Assembly (NCBI GenBank): GCA_035576005.1
Contig: DATLXH010000010.1
Location: 1,673-65,672, forward strand
Reading direction: 5' to 3'
Length of the DNA stretch: 64,000 nucleotides
From: Thermoanaerobaculia bacterium
GTDB taxonomy: Bacteria; Acidobacteriota; Thermoanaerobaculia; Gp7-AA8
The notes beneath the pieces were generated by a model, which ran no database searches, was not told the DNA's origin, and was given only the letters and a program-made list of their open reading frames with translations. The translations under genes were made by a program, and so were the position numbers. Shown in pieces: positions 17,669 through 27,119 of this stretch (position 1 is the stretch's first letter; each line of letters starts with the position of its first letter).

Positions 17669-17747
17669 GTGGCCGGACATTCCAGTGTCCGGCGCGCCGG
17701 AGGCGCCTTCGTCGTGAATGCCGCCGGACATTGGAATGTCCGGCCAC
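17669..17747. repeat. REPIN-like doublet: two inverted copies of the palindromic 27-mer GTGGCCGGACATTCCA(A/G)TGTCCGGCG(G/C)
   Basis: Left arm 17669-17694, right arm 17722-17747, 27-nt GC-rich spacer. The same arms occur at 34943-35038. Confidence 0.8.
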
Positions 17748-17894
17748 AAAGGCTTGGCGGTTTCTTCCACCGATCACTTCGCGCCACCGCGAAGTACAGC
17801 GACTCAGGATGACGGGTATGTCATCACCGCCTCACCATTGAGGAGCAACGTTTCTCCTCGAGGGACCCGGCTCGCACATCCAGCCGGGCGGCGA

Positions 17895-18533
17895 TTACTC
17901 CAGATGCTTGGCGAGAATGGCTTGCAGGTCTTTGAACTCGAGCGGTTTGGAGACGTAGTCGTCGGCCTTGAACTGACTGAGTGCTTCGTGGCGGTTCTTG
18001 GAGGAGGTGTAAAGCGAAGTCATGACGACCACTTTCGTTGCCGATATTTCTGGATCGTCTTTGATCTGCCGACAGAGCTCTCTGCCGTCAAGCTTCGGCA
18101 TGAGCACGTCGCTCAGGACGAGATCAGGCTTGTAGAGTCTTGCCAGCTCCAGACCCTCCTGGCCGTTCCAGGCGGTGACCAGTCCATATCCGAGGGCGCC
18201 GATCACTCTTGCCACGACTTCCTGAATCTCTTTCTCGTCATCGACAACAAGGACGAGGGGGCGGGTCACTTCTGAGGGGGGAGGATTGATCTGGCGTTGA
18301 TAAGTGGAACGGTTTTCCTTCATCTTCTGCGCCCAGAGCGATGCAGGCGCGGAAGCCCAGAAGGTCTGCTTGTACGAATGAGGTGCTTTGCAGAAGCAGC
18401 CCATGCAATTGGGGCAGGAGATCGTTCGTTCCTTGTACAGGCAGCTGCACCAGCTGGCATCGCCCGCATTGAAATAGGCTTTGCAGTTGTAACACTCGAC
18501 TTCGTAACTTGGGCTGCCAGGCTGACTCGACAT
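17895..18533 (-). CDS. Response regulator with N-terminal 8-Cys zinc-finger-like domain and C-terminal receiver
   Basis: CYNC-x12-CSC-x8-CPNC-x2-CFC Cys pattern, followed by LVLVVDDEKEIQ..SDVLMPKLDG..SKP receiver. The likely start is MSSQPGS (ATG 18531-18533). Confidence 0.8.
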   Translation of the reverse strand: MSSQPGSPSYEVECYNCKAYFNAGDASWCSCLYKERTISCPNCMGCFCKAPHSYKQTFWASAPASLWAQKMKENRSTYQRQINPPPSEVTRPLVLVVDDEKEIQEVVARVIGALGYGLVTAWNGQEGLELARLYKPDLVLSDVLMPKLDGRELCRQIKDDPEISATKVVVMTSLYTSSKNRHEALSQFKADDYVSKPLEFKDLQAILAKHLE

Positions 18534-18711
18534 GGTTACGGTTGAAAACCTCGGAGCGATCTTAAAATATTCGCGCGCAATCAGAACAGGGGGAGCGCTG
18601 TTGGTGACTTCTCTCACTCATTCTGTGCGGATACCGGACTACTCTGCAAGGCCAGACACGTCGGATGGGCGAGCTCATGCAAGATGACGTTTGGGTAATA
18701 CGGGAGAAACG

Positions 18712-19605
18712 ATGAGAAACATGTCGAAGACGCTGGTGATGATTGCGGCCGTGCTTTCGTCCTCCTTGGTCGGTTGCCAGAATAGTGAACGGACGATCAC
18801 CGGAAGTTTCGGCTCCGCCGTGGTGTCAGGTCAGGTTGCGATGACAGGGGAGCTCGAGGGGAGCAGTCCGGCTGGGATGGTGGTCTCGGTTGTCGGTACG
18901 GGCATGACCATGACGCTGTCCGCCGATGGACGGTTTGCTTTTGTGGGAGCGCCGAAGGAGTCGACGCTGACATTTCGTCGCTCTGCCGATGGCTTCGAGG
19001 AGTCGCACCAGGTCGGGGCTGGTAACAACCTCATCGTATCGCTGGGAAAGAAGCCTTCGAGTGGTCGTAAGCGCGGTGCGACCACGCGCGTAACGCAGAT
19101 CGAGGGGCTCATCAAGCAGGTCTCACCGACCTCCATCACCGTTACCAGCAGTCACGGAGTTGACGTCGTACTGGACATCAACGACAAGACCAGTATCCGC
19201 AAGGGGAAAGATACTCTGACGACCGCCGCGCTCAAAGTTGGCGACCGCGTGCATGTGCGCGCCGAGATGCGAACTGAGCTTGCAGGGGTTGCCATCGAGA
19301 TCAAGCTCCAGAATGCAGAAGGGGATGATGACGACAAGGACAAGGACGATGGAACGGCTGCCGCCAACGGTAGCGTCGCGTCACTGGGCGATAAACAGCT
19401 GGTGGTTACTACGCATGCGGGCTTGCAGATTACTGTGAAGATCACCGATCAGACTTCGATCAAGCGTCAGGGACGGGCGATCACTTTTGCAGAGATCAAG
19501 GTAGGCGATCGTGTTGAGGCCAAGGGGATCCCGATCAATGCGGCGACCATCACCGCCACGAAGATTACTGTGGAGCCTGGGTCGAACAACGGCAAGAAGC
19601 CGTAA
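18712..19605 (+). CDS. Lipoprotein with CarboxypepD_reg-like N-domain and two DUF5666-like domains
   Basis: Lipobox SSLVGC. Repeated pattern ..I..V....I.V.....V.V.I.D.T.I...G......A.IKVGDRV. Acidic DDDDKDKDD linker. GGAG sits 5 nt upstream of ATG 18712. Confidence 0.75.
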   Translation: MRNMSKTLVMIAAVLSSSLVGCQNSERTITGSFGSAVVSGQVAMTGELEGSSPAGMVVSVVGTGMTMTLSADGRFAFVGAPKESTLTFRRSADGFEESHQVGAGNNLIVSLGKKPSSGRKRGATTRVTQIEGLIKQVSPTSITVTSSHGVDVVLDINDKTSIRKGKDTLTTAALKVGDRVHVRAEMRTELAGVAIEIKLQNAEGDDDDKDKDDGTAAANGSVASLGDKQLVVTTHAGLQITVKITDQTSIKRQGRAITFAEIKVGDRVEAKGIPINAATITATKITVEPGSNNGKKP

Positions 19606-19624
19606 GCATTCCATCCGCTCCAGT

Positions 19625-19660
19625 GACGACAAAGGACGGCTTCGGCCGTCCTTTGTCGTC
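19625..19660. terminator. Perfect 16-bp stem hairpin between convergent genes (GACGACAAAGGACGGC-TTCG-GCCGTCCTTTGTCGTC)
   Basis: Read directly. 20 nt after the stop of 18712-19605. There is no U-tract, so it would be a bidirectional or factor-assisted terminator. Confidence 0.6.
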
Positions 19661-19773
19661 TCACGATGTGGCGCGTTCGAAGATGACCCGCGACCGCGCG
19701 ACGAACACAGTCGCTGATTCGGGCGGGTGAAGAGTTGCAGCGGGCACGCTGACGTTCGCGGCCGCGGCACGAC

Positions 19774-20541
19774 TCACCAGGACCGTTTGTAGCGATCGGA
19801 CATGAAGGTGTAGTAGATGAACCCGAAGCGCTCGTACCAGCCCTCTTCCTTGAAGTGCTTTTCCTCGCATTCACCGATTTTCTGGAGCGATGCTTTAAGC
19901 TTGCCGATCAACTCGATGTGCTTACTGTCATAAGCCGGATTGAAGGTTTCCTTCAGGGACTTCTCGACCTTCAGTTTTTCGAGCTGCCACCCCGCCGCTG
20001 CGAGGCCGTGTACGGAGGAGACGCCGTCCCCGAACGCGATTCCTTTGTCATACATATTCTTTGTCGCAGCGCCGACGGCACGGAGACGCTCGAGCGAGAT
20101 GCGCGCCTTTTTCAGATTCGCGTACGCAGACTCGTAGCATGTTCCGCACTCTTCTGATTCGGCGCATTTGGACGGTATGTGGGGCATATCGGCGGGGGAG
20201 TAGTCGGGACTCATCGTCGCATCTTCTTTCGTCAGCGCCTTGTACGCATCGAGAGCCTCTTTTGCTGCGCTTCCAAGGTCTGTGGCCTGCTTGACCTTGC
20301 CTTTCAGATCTGCGCCCGACTTGTTCGCCAGACCGATTGTGCGGTCGTGCTCGTCTTTGTCGTGCTTGTAGCTGTCGACTTTCGCCTGCGCATCCATCGC
20401 TTTCTTTGCAGGCTCCATCGAGTCGCGGAACTTCTGCAGGTCCCTGACGGTTTCTTTCCAGTCTGCCCTCTCCGGCTGCCCGGCGTGGAGAGGCGTTGCG
20501 AGAATCGTGATGCTGAAGAATCCTATGAGCAGCGGCTTCAT
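19774..20541 (-). CDS. Hypothetical secreted, mainly helical protein
   Basis: Signal peptide MKPLLIGFFSITILATPLHA. Lys/Asp/Glu-rich helical sequence with 4 Cys. Start overlaps the upstream stop (ATGA). Confidence 0.7.
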   Translation of the reverse strand: MKPLLIGFFSITILATPLHAGQPERADWKETVRDLQKFRDSMEPAKKAMDAQAKVDSYKHDKDEHDRTIGLANKSGADLKGKVKQATDLGSAAKEALDAYKALTKEDATMSPDYSPADMPHIPSKCAESEECGTCYESAYANLKKARISLERLRAVGAATKNMYDKGIAFGDGVSSVHGLAAAGWQLEKLKVEKSLKETFNPAYDSKHIELIGKLKASLQKIGECEEKHFKEEGWYERFGFIYYTFMSDRYKRSW

Positions 20542-21218
20542 GCCGGTCTCCTTCTAAGTACGACGACGGCGAGTAGCGCAACCGCAACAAACAGCAGTGC
20601 GGCGATCACCCACAGCACCGGCGAGCCAGCGGTGGATGAGGTTGTCGTTGTTGTCGCGATCGAGCCAGCCTGACCTGTAACTGAGCCGCCCGTCTTCCCC
20701 TGCGTCAGGCGGGCATACTCGGCGGGTGGCACGAGCCCGGGATCCATGGGTGGCTGAATAGGTTCGCCGGTCCAGACGAGCAGGCGATACGGCATGCCGG
20801 CTGCCGCGCCGGACACCGAAATCTTGAGATCGCCTTCTGTCCGTGTCTGAAAGAGCGCCGATCCATCGGCCTTGGTGGAACCGCTGGCCTCCGGCTGATC
20901 AAAGCTGTACTTTGACAGCTCGACCTTGAGATCGTCGCCAGGATTGGTTGCCGAAACCATGACGGAGACGGGCTGGTTGACCTTGAGCTCCCCGACGACA
21001 AAGTGATGCGGAACGGCATCGGTCTGACCGTCAAATGCCATGACCTTGCCTCCGGCGGGGAGATCGGGATCCTCGACCGGTTCGATGCCCCACAAGGGAA
21101 TCTCTTCCTGACCGAACGCTGCAGCAGCCATCGCGAAAACGACGCACGCGAGAAAGCGCGCAGTCGCGGGGCGTTTTACACCGGAGGGACGAAGAATCTG
21201 GCGATTACCTTGAGTCAT
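20538..21218 (-). CDS. Hypothetical secreted protein with C-terminal TM anchor and basic tail
   Basis: The likely start is MTQGNRQ (ATG 21216-21218), followed by a signal peptide. Beta-rich core, Thr-rich linker, then C-terminal PVLWVIAALLFVAVALLAVVVLRRRPA. Confidence 0.7.
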   Translation of the reverse strand: MTQGNRQILRPSGVKRPATARFLACVVFAMAAAAFGQEEIPLWGIEPVEDPDLPAGGKVMAFDGQTDAVPHHFVVGELKVNQPVSVMVSATNPGDDLKVELSKYSFDQPEASGSTKADGSALFQTRTEGDLKISVSGAAAGMPYRLLVWTGEPIQPPMDPGLVPPAEYARLTQGKTGGSVTGQAGSIATTTTTSSTAGSPVLWVIAALLFVAVALLAVVVLRRRPA

Positions 21219-21402
21219 GAATCCGCCTTTTGACTGAGTGGGTCCGGCGATTGTACGGGCGCAGACCCTCTGCTGCAATCCCGGTCCCGATTCGCTGCCG
21301 CGATCGCGGGGACCAAACGTGCAGATCTCTAACGACTCGTGCGGATTGCAAGGAACGATCAGGTCACTCCGAGCAGCAACTGTGCGGCGTTGATGACATC
21401 CC

Positions 21403-21513
21403 GTCATCCTGAGGAGCGTCTTGTGCGACGAGAGGATCTCGATATGGGAAGATGCTTGATTGAACAGTAGCGCATTCTGAGATCCTTCGTCGCAAAAGCG
21501 CTCCTCAGGATGA
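21403..21513. repeat. 111-bp long imperfect hairpin element (arms GTCATCCTGAGGAGCG...CGCTCCTCAGGATGAC)
   Basis: 16-bp perfect outer inverted repeat plus an inner ~20-bp imperfect one (GCGACGAGAGGATCTC / GAGATCCTTCGTCGC). Confidence 0.7.
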
Positions 21514-21563
21514 CGATGTCATGGAAAGAGGGATGTACGGCATGGCGGTGACCGACAGTACGG

Positions 21564-23516
21564 TCAGCTTGCCGGCGTCAGCTGGAGAAGTGTTTCCACC
21601 AGGTCATGCGGCTCGACTGGCTTGGTGAGGTAACCGTTGAAGCCGGCGGCGAGCGCATTGGCTCGGTCTTCAGGGCGTCCGAACGCGGTGAGCGCGATGA
21701 CCGGGGTCTGACCAATCTTTCCTTCGAGCGCGCGAAGTTCCCGGAGGAAGACGTAACCATCTTCTTCCGGCATGGCGATGTCGCAGACCACGCTGTCAGG
21801 CTGCTTGTCGCGTAGCGCCATGAGTCCTTCCCGAACGGAGGGGGCCGTGTGCACAGTTGCATGAGCGCGGCGGAGGATGGCGGCCACTGCGTCGCGCGTG
21901 TAGTCCTGATCGTCAACGACGAGAATCGTGCGAGCAGTCAGTGACGACAGTTCGCGCTCGACAGGGGCGGAAAGGGATGTCGCGGGCCCCCTGACCCTCC
22001 CCTCGAATGTCGCAGACGACTCCAGAACGAGAAACTCGACGGTAAAGGTTGCGCCTTTGCCCGGACCGTCGCTCGTTGCGGTGATACGACCACCGTGGAG
22101 CTCGACGAGGCTTCTGACGATGGCCAGACCGAGTCCAAGTCCGCCATGGGATCGTGTGGAGGAGCTGTCAGCCTGACGAAAGGCCTCGAAAACATGAGGA
22201 AGGAACTCGGTCTCGATCCCCATCCCGGTATCTTTGACATCAAGTCGGACGAACGATCCGATGTGCTCGAGTCGCACCGTCACGGAACCGCCGCGGGGAG
22301 TGAACTTCACAGCGTTGGATAGCAGGTTCCAGATGATCTGCTGGAGGCGACCTTCATTCCCTGCGATCTCAGGCAGGTGGGCTGGGATCGTCGTGATGAC
22401 CTCGATATTTTTGGCAACGGCCGCGGGATGAATCGCTGTCGCCGCCGCACGCGTCACGGTGGCGAGCTCTACCGGTTCGGGCTCGAAGGTCAGTTTTCCG
22501 GAGGTAATGCGGGAAACATCGAGCACCTCTTCGATTAACTGCGCCTGAGCGCCTGCGCTCCGCTCGATCGCATCGATCGCATCGACGGACTCGGACTTGC
22601 TCAATCCCAGCTTGAGCAGGCGGGCCCAACCGAGGACTGCAGTCAGGGGAGTGCGTAACTCGTGTGAGAGCGTTGCGAGGAATTCGTCCTTCATCCGGCT
22701 GACGCGCTCGAGCTCGGAAGCGTGCAGCTCGAGCTTCTGGCGGGCCTTCACGTGCTCAGTTACATCTATTCCATGAACGAAGATGCCGTTTACCTCGCCG
22801 CTGCTGTCCCGCGTAGGCTGGTACATGAAGTTCACGAAGAGCTCGTCGAGAGAGTCGCCGCGCTGCAGCATTAAGCGTGCCTCGGTTCCGGTAAAGCCAG
22901 AGCCGGTCTGGTACACGGTGTCGAGTAACTCAAAAAAGCCCTGCCCTGCCAGCTCCGGCATGGCCTCACGAATCGGACGTCCGATAATCTTCCGATCCGG
23001 CCCGACCAGTTGCATGTATAGGGGATTCACGAACTCGAATACATGCTCAGGTGCTCGCAGCGTTGCAATGGCAGCGGGTGCCTGCTCGAAGATTTCGCGC
23101 AGAGCCAGGCGTTCACGCTCGAGCGATAGCTGGAGGTCACGAGCGACGGTGATGTCCGTGTTGATACCGACCCAGCGATAGATGGAACCGTTATCGTCAC
23201 GCAGGGGGCGGGCCCGTGTGAGGAACCAACGGAACACCCCATCGTGTCGCCGCAGGGGGAATTGAAGCTCGAATGCGTTTCCTGTCGCGATAGAGCTCAA
23301 CCATTGCTCTTTGATGTTGTCGAGGAGAGCTGGATCGTGAACGGATTCCCAACCCCAGCCCTGCATCTGTTCGTAGGTCGTACCCGTGTACTCGTACCAG
23401 CCTCGGTTGTAGTAATCGATAAAGCCGTCGGCGCGGGCGGTCCACGCGAGTTGAGGCATCTCGTCATAGAGCTTGCGGAAGAGCCCTTGGGAGTCTTCGA
23501 GTGGGGTGTCGATCAT
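21564..23516 (-). CDS. Hybrid sensor histidine kinase PAS-PAS-HisKA-HATPase-REC
   Basis: H-box SHELRTPLTAV, DTGMGI/GLGLGLAI, receiver VDDQDYTRD..DIAMPEEDG..TKP. The likely start is MIDTPLED (ATG 23514-23516). Confidence 0.9.
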   Translation of the reverse strand: MIDTPLEDSQGLFRKLYDEMPQLAWTARADGFIDYYNRGWYEYTGTTYEQMQGWGWESVHDPALLDNIKEQWLSSIATGNAFELQFPLRRHDGVFRWFLTRARPLRDDNGSIYRWVGINTDITVARDLQLSLERERLALREIFEQAPAAIATLRAPEHVFEFVNPLYMQLVGPDRKIIGRPIREAMPELAGQGFFELLDTVYQTGSGFTGTEARLMLQRGDSLDELFVNFMYQPTRDSSGEVNGIFVHGIDVTEHVKARQKLELHASELERVSRMKDEFLATLSHELRTPLTAVLGWARLLKLGLSKSESVDAIDAIERSAGAQAQLIEEVLDVSRITSGKLTFEPEPVELATVTRAAATAIHPAAVAKNIEVITTIPAHLPEIAGNEGRLQQIIWNLLSNAVKFTPRGGSVTVRLEHIGSFVRLDVKDTGMGIETEFLPHVFEAFRQADSSSTRSHGGLGLGLAIVRSLVELHGGRITATSDGPGKGATFTVEFLVLESSATFEGRVRGPATSLSAPVERELSSLTARTILVVDDQDYTRDAVAAILRRAHATVHTAPSVREGLMALRDKQPDSVVCDIAMPEEDGYVFLRELRALEGKIGQTPVIALTAFGRPEDRANALAAGFNGYLTKPVEPHDLVETLLQLTPAS

Positions 23517-23659
23517 GATGTGTCCGTCCTGGGTCCGTGGGCGGGACGGAGGCGTCACGTGGTATTTGAGAGATTCGGGCCAACGCTCCGGGTATGTCCC
23601 GAGAGTATTCTGACCGTCAGCGCGGAATGGCGCTTTTCTTGCGCTGCTCCCTACGTCCC

Positions 23660-24424
23660 ATGGACCCATCACGGCACGACTACGACCTCACGAGCTTTCA
23701 CCTCAGCGATCTCGTGAGATGTGCCGCGCACGCTCGAACGCTGGGCGAGGGCCTCACTTCGATGGAACAGGTTGCCGATCGGGTCGTCGACTTTCTCTAC
23801 GGCTCGTTTCGTGATCCGATAACGGGACGCGCTGCCTGTGCACTGGTCCGCTTCTTTGAGACAGAGAGTTATAGCGTCATTCCCGGCGATCGGCGGCTTG
23901 CGCTGGCCCGTCAGTTTCCCGATGCCGATGAATCACCGTCGATGAAGTACCTTGTTTTACTGGCAACGCGAGGAGACGAGAAGGCGTGGAACGACCCGGC
24001 GGCCTCACGAAGCCACGGAGCGATTCCGCTGCCGAGTGAGGAGATCGTCGAACAGGCGCCGATGATTGCACGGATGATCAAGCAGCTCGGTCTCCCGATT
24101 CAGGCGCTGATCTCGTCGGACCCCGGATTCCTGCTCGAAGCCCAGCAGACGACCTTCAACATCTTTCACGTTGCGGAGGCGATTGGAAGTCCTTACATCC
24201 CCGCGCAGAAGGAGTTTGTCGAACCTTACGGGATCCACTCGGTTCTCGGTTTCGGGGGGCTGCTGCCCAGTGGCAATCTTTTCGTCACCGTGATGTTCGC
24301 GCGGGTATCGATTCCACATGAGACGGCGGAGCTCTTCCGTACGCTCGCGCTCAACGTGAAGCTGGCTCTCCTGCCGTTCGCCGGCGACCGTGTATTCAGC
24401 GCGCCTGTGCAGGGCAGGGCCTAG
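23660..24424 (+). CDS. Hypothetical protein co-transcribed with a histidine kinase (possible sensory partner)
   Basis: ~254 aa starting MDPSRHDYDL. No domain recognised by eye. The stop lies 4 nt before the kinase ATG. Confidence 0.65.
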   Translation: MDPSRHDYDLTSFHLSDLVRCAAHARTLGEGLTSMEQVADRVVDFLYGSFRDPITGRAACALVRFFETESYSVIPGDRRLALARQFPDADESPSMKYLVLLATRGDEKAWNDPAASRSHGAIPLPSEEIVEQAPMIARMIKQLGLPIQALISSDPGFLLEAQQTTFNIFHVAEAIGSPYIPAQKEFVEPYGIHSVLGFGGLLPSGNLFVTVMFARVSIPHETAELFRTLALNVKLALLPFAGDRVFSAPVQGRA

Positions 24425-24428
24425 ATCG

Positions 24429-26513
24429 ATGGAGGGCCTGTCAGAGCTGGATCGTCTGCAGGCGGAGGTTGCCACCCTCAGGCAGATCCTTGAGGTGCAT
24501 GAGCGAACCACATACGAGCAGGCACTCAAGTCCGAGGAAGCGCTCGAGTCGGTTCGGCGTGAAGAAGAGCGGTATCGCTCGTTGGCGGCAGCAACGGCCG
24601 CGGTCGTCTGGATCATCAATGAGGCGGGTGAGTTCATCACCCCGCAGGTCTCGTGGGAAGCGTATACGGGTCAGTCGTGGGAGGAGCACCGAGGGTTAGG
24701 GTGGGGGGCCGCGCTCCATCCGGAAGATCGGGCTCGTGTCATCGGTGCATGGGAGAGCGGGAGAGCAGGTCGGAAGCAGTTCAAGACCGAGGGCCGGCTG
24801 TTTCACGCCGCGTCAGGCGAATACCGGTTTTTCGTCGCACGGGTCGTTCCGATCATGAACAGTGACGGCACCGTGCGCGAGTGGATCGGCACGGTAACGG
24901 ACGTAGATGAGCAGCATCGAGCAGCTGAGGCTTTACGCCTCAGCGACGAGCGCTTCCGCGTTGTGAGCCGGGCGACCAACGACGCGGTGTGGGACTGGAA
25001 TCTCACGACCGATGCCTTGTGGTGGAACGATGCCGTCAGTACGCTCTTCGGCTATGCCACCGAAGACGTGGCTCCAGTAATCACGTGGTGGTATGACCAC
25101 TGCCATCCCGAGGATCGCGATCGCGTCGTGGGCGGCATTCACGAGGTGATCGATGGCGGGGGGACGACGTGGACCGATGAGTATCGATTTCTTCGCGCGG
25201 ACGGGAGATACCTGGATATGCTCGACCGTGGTTTCGTGATTCGAGAGGAAAGTGGCAAGCCGCTGCGGATGGTCGGAGCGATGCAGGACATCACAGAACG
25301 GCGCCGTCGCACGGTTCAGTTGAGGAAGCTCTCGCAGATTTCGGCTGTCATCAATTCGAATCTAGCTACCGACGATATTCTGCAGCGGGTGACGGATGCT
25401 GCGCGCGAGTTGATCGGTACGCACCAGGCGGTCTCGAGTCTAACAATCGATGACGAATCAGGCAGGTTCATCCATGCGATCTCACTCTCGGATGAATACG
25501 CGACCAGGCGTGCGTCGCTCGAAGAACGTGATGGCGAGGAGATCCGGAGCATCCTGTCGGAAACGAACCAGGCAACGCGCCTCACACAGAAGCAGGTGGA
25601 GGCCCATCCCCGTTGGAACGGTGAGAGCGGCGGGTCGCGCATGGAGCGGCCGGTGAACGGCTGGCTTGCGGCTCCTCTGACGGGCCGGGATGGACGCGCT
25701 CGAGGGCTGATCGAGCTCTCGGACAAATACAGCGGTGAGCTCACGACGGAAGACGAAGGAATCCTGGCGCAGCTGGCTCAGGCCGCCGCATCAGCCATCG
25801 AGAACGCTCGGTTGTATGAGGAAGCACGATCGGCGAACAAAGCGAAGGACGATTTCTTTGCGGTGCTCTCGCACGAGCTGCGGACTCCGATGACTTCGAT
25901 CATGGGCTGGACGCAGCTTCTCACCGCGGACGTCGACCGCGAGACGCTCGAGGAAGCAGTGACTGCGATCGGGACGAGTGCGTCGACGCAGGCTCAATTG
26001 ATCGACGATCTCCTCGATGTCTCCCGAATGATGGCGGGTAAGCTCTCGATTGAGCGCGAGCCGCTGAACCTGAGCCTCGTGGCAGCGGAAGTCGTAACCG
26101 CGATGAAGCCGGCGGCGGCGGCTCGAGGTGTGCTCCTGGCGCTCAGCGCGTGTGAAGAGTGCAGGGTCACCGGTGACAACGTCCGGCTCAGGCAGGTGGT
26201 CAGTAACCTGATCTCCAACGGCATCAAATTCACGCCGAGGGGCGGAATCGTGACGACCTCGATCGTCTCGGAGAAAGATAGCGTGGTGCTGCGGGTGGTC
26301 GACACGGGAGAGGGGATGCCGCGCGAGTTCCTCTCTCGCGTCTTCGAGCGCCATGCGCAGCGCATCAGCGGGCGTCACGGAGGGTTAGGGCTCGGCCTTG
26401 CAATCGTGAAGAATATCGTCGATCAGCACGGAGGCACGGTTGATGTCGAGAGTCCCGGAGAGGGGAAGGGAACGACGTTCACCGTCCGCCTCCCGCGCGC
26501 CGCGGGGATGTAG
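24429..26513 (+). CDS. Sensor histidine kinase: coiled coil-PAS-PAS-GAF-HisKA-HATPase
   Basis: H-box SHELRTPMTSI, DTGEGM, GLGLGLAIV. PAC-like WIGTVTDVDE and MVGAMQDITERRR. Confidence 0.9.
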   Translation: MEGLSELDRLQAEVATLRQILEVHERTTYEQALKSEEALESVRREEERYRSLAAATAAVVWIINEAGEFITPQVSWEAYTGQSWEEHRGLGWGAALHPEDRARVIGAWESGRAGRKQFKTEGRLFHAASGEYRFFVARVVPIMNSDGTVREWIGTVTDVDEQHRAAEALRLSDERFRVVSRATNDAVWDWNLTTDALWWNDAVSTLFGYATEDVAPVITWWYDHCHPEDRDRVVGGIHEVIDGGGTTWTDEYRFLRADGRYLDMLDRGFVIREESGKPLRMVGAMQDITERRRRTVQLRKLSQISAVINSNLATDDILQRVTDAARELIGTHQAVSSLTIDDESGRFIHAISLSDEYATRRASLEERDGEEIRSILSETNQATRLTQKQVEAHPRWNGESGGSRMERPVNGWLAAPLTGRDGRARGLIELSDKYSGELTTEDEGILAQLAQAAASAIENARLYEEARSANKAKDDFFAVLSHELRTPMTSIMGWTQLLTADVDRETLEEAVTAIGTSASTQAQLIDDLLDVSRMMAGKLSIEREPLNLSLVAAEVVTAMKPAAAARGVLLALSACEECRVTGDNVRLRQVVSNLISNGIKFTPRGGIVTTSIVSEKDSVVLRVVDTGEGMPREFLSRVFERHAQRISGRHGGLGLGLAIVKNIVDQHGGTVDVESPGEGKGTTFTVRLPRAAGM

Positions 26514-26534
26514 TTCCCTGCGGCTGTCTCGCGA

Positions 26535-27119
26535 TTAGTGGCGTGAGAGATACGGCCTGGGTGGAGGGATCGGAACGGGCCTTGTCAGATCGAAGGTCAC
26601 CTGGAAGCGCCGTCCCTGCGCCTCGCGTCGCAGTCCGTATGTGAACGACCTGCCATCAGCGTCGATCCCGATTGTCCAGATGTTCGTCGTCGCAGCGGGA
26701 ATCAGCTTCGCCGTGAATTCGTCAGCGTGGAAATCGAGGGCCCGCGATGCGGAGGCGATCTGTGTGTCGCCTCCGTACTGCGTGACGCGGTCTTCGCTGC
26801 CGTCCTCGTGTCGATGATCGTGCTTGAGCCGGACTCCGGACGTGAGACGCGAGAGTACCCAGGTGCGGGAGCGGTCCTCGCCCACGTGAAAGGGAATTCT
26901 GATCTCGTCGTGGGTGCAGTCACGGACGTGCATCAACAGCCGCTCTTTTCCGAATGCGGCATCCGAGGGCTCTGTTCCCTCTGTGAGTTGTCCTTCGAAA
27001 GCTTTGCCACACAGAGGCTGGATCGCGCTCCAGAGCTGATCAGCAGGATGTGCTGGAGCCGAAACGCTCGCACATCCGGCTGATGTCAGCAGGGTCAGCA
27101 AAGTGAGCGCCCTGATCAA
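26535..27119 (-). CDS. Hypothetical lipoprotein
   Basis: Lipobox LLTSAGC. 194 aa. Start overlaps the terC-family stop (ATGA). Confidence 0.7.
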   Translation of the reverse strand: MIRALTLLTLLTSAGCASVSAPAHPADQLWSAIQPLCGKAFEGQLTEGTEPSDAAFGKERLLMHVRDCTHDEIRIPFHVGEDRSRTWVLSRLTSGVRLKHDHRHEDGSEDRVTQYGGDTQIASASRALDFHADEFTAKLIPAATTNIWTIGIDADGRSFTYGLRREAQGRRFQVTFDLTRPVPIPPPRPYLSRH

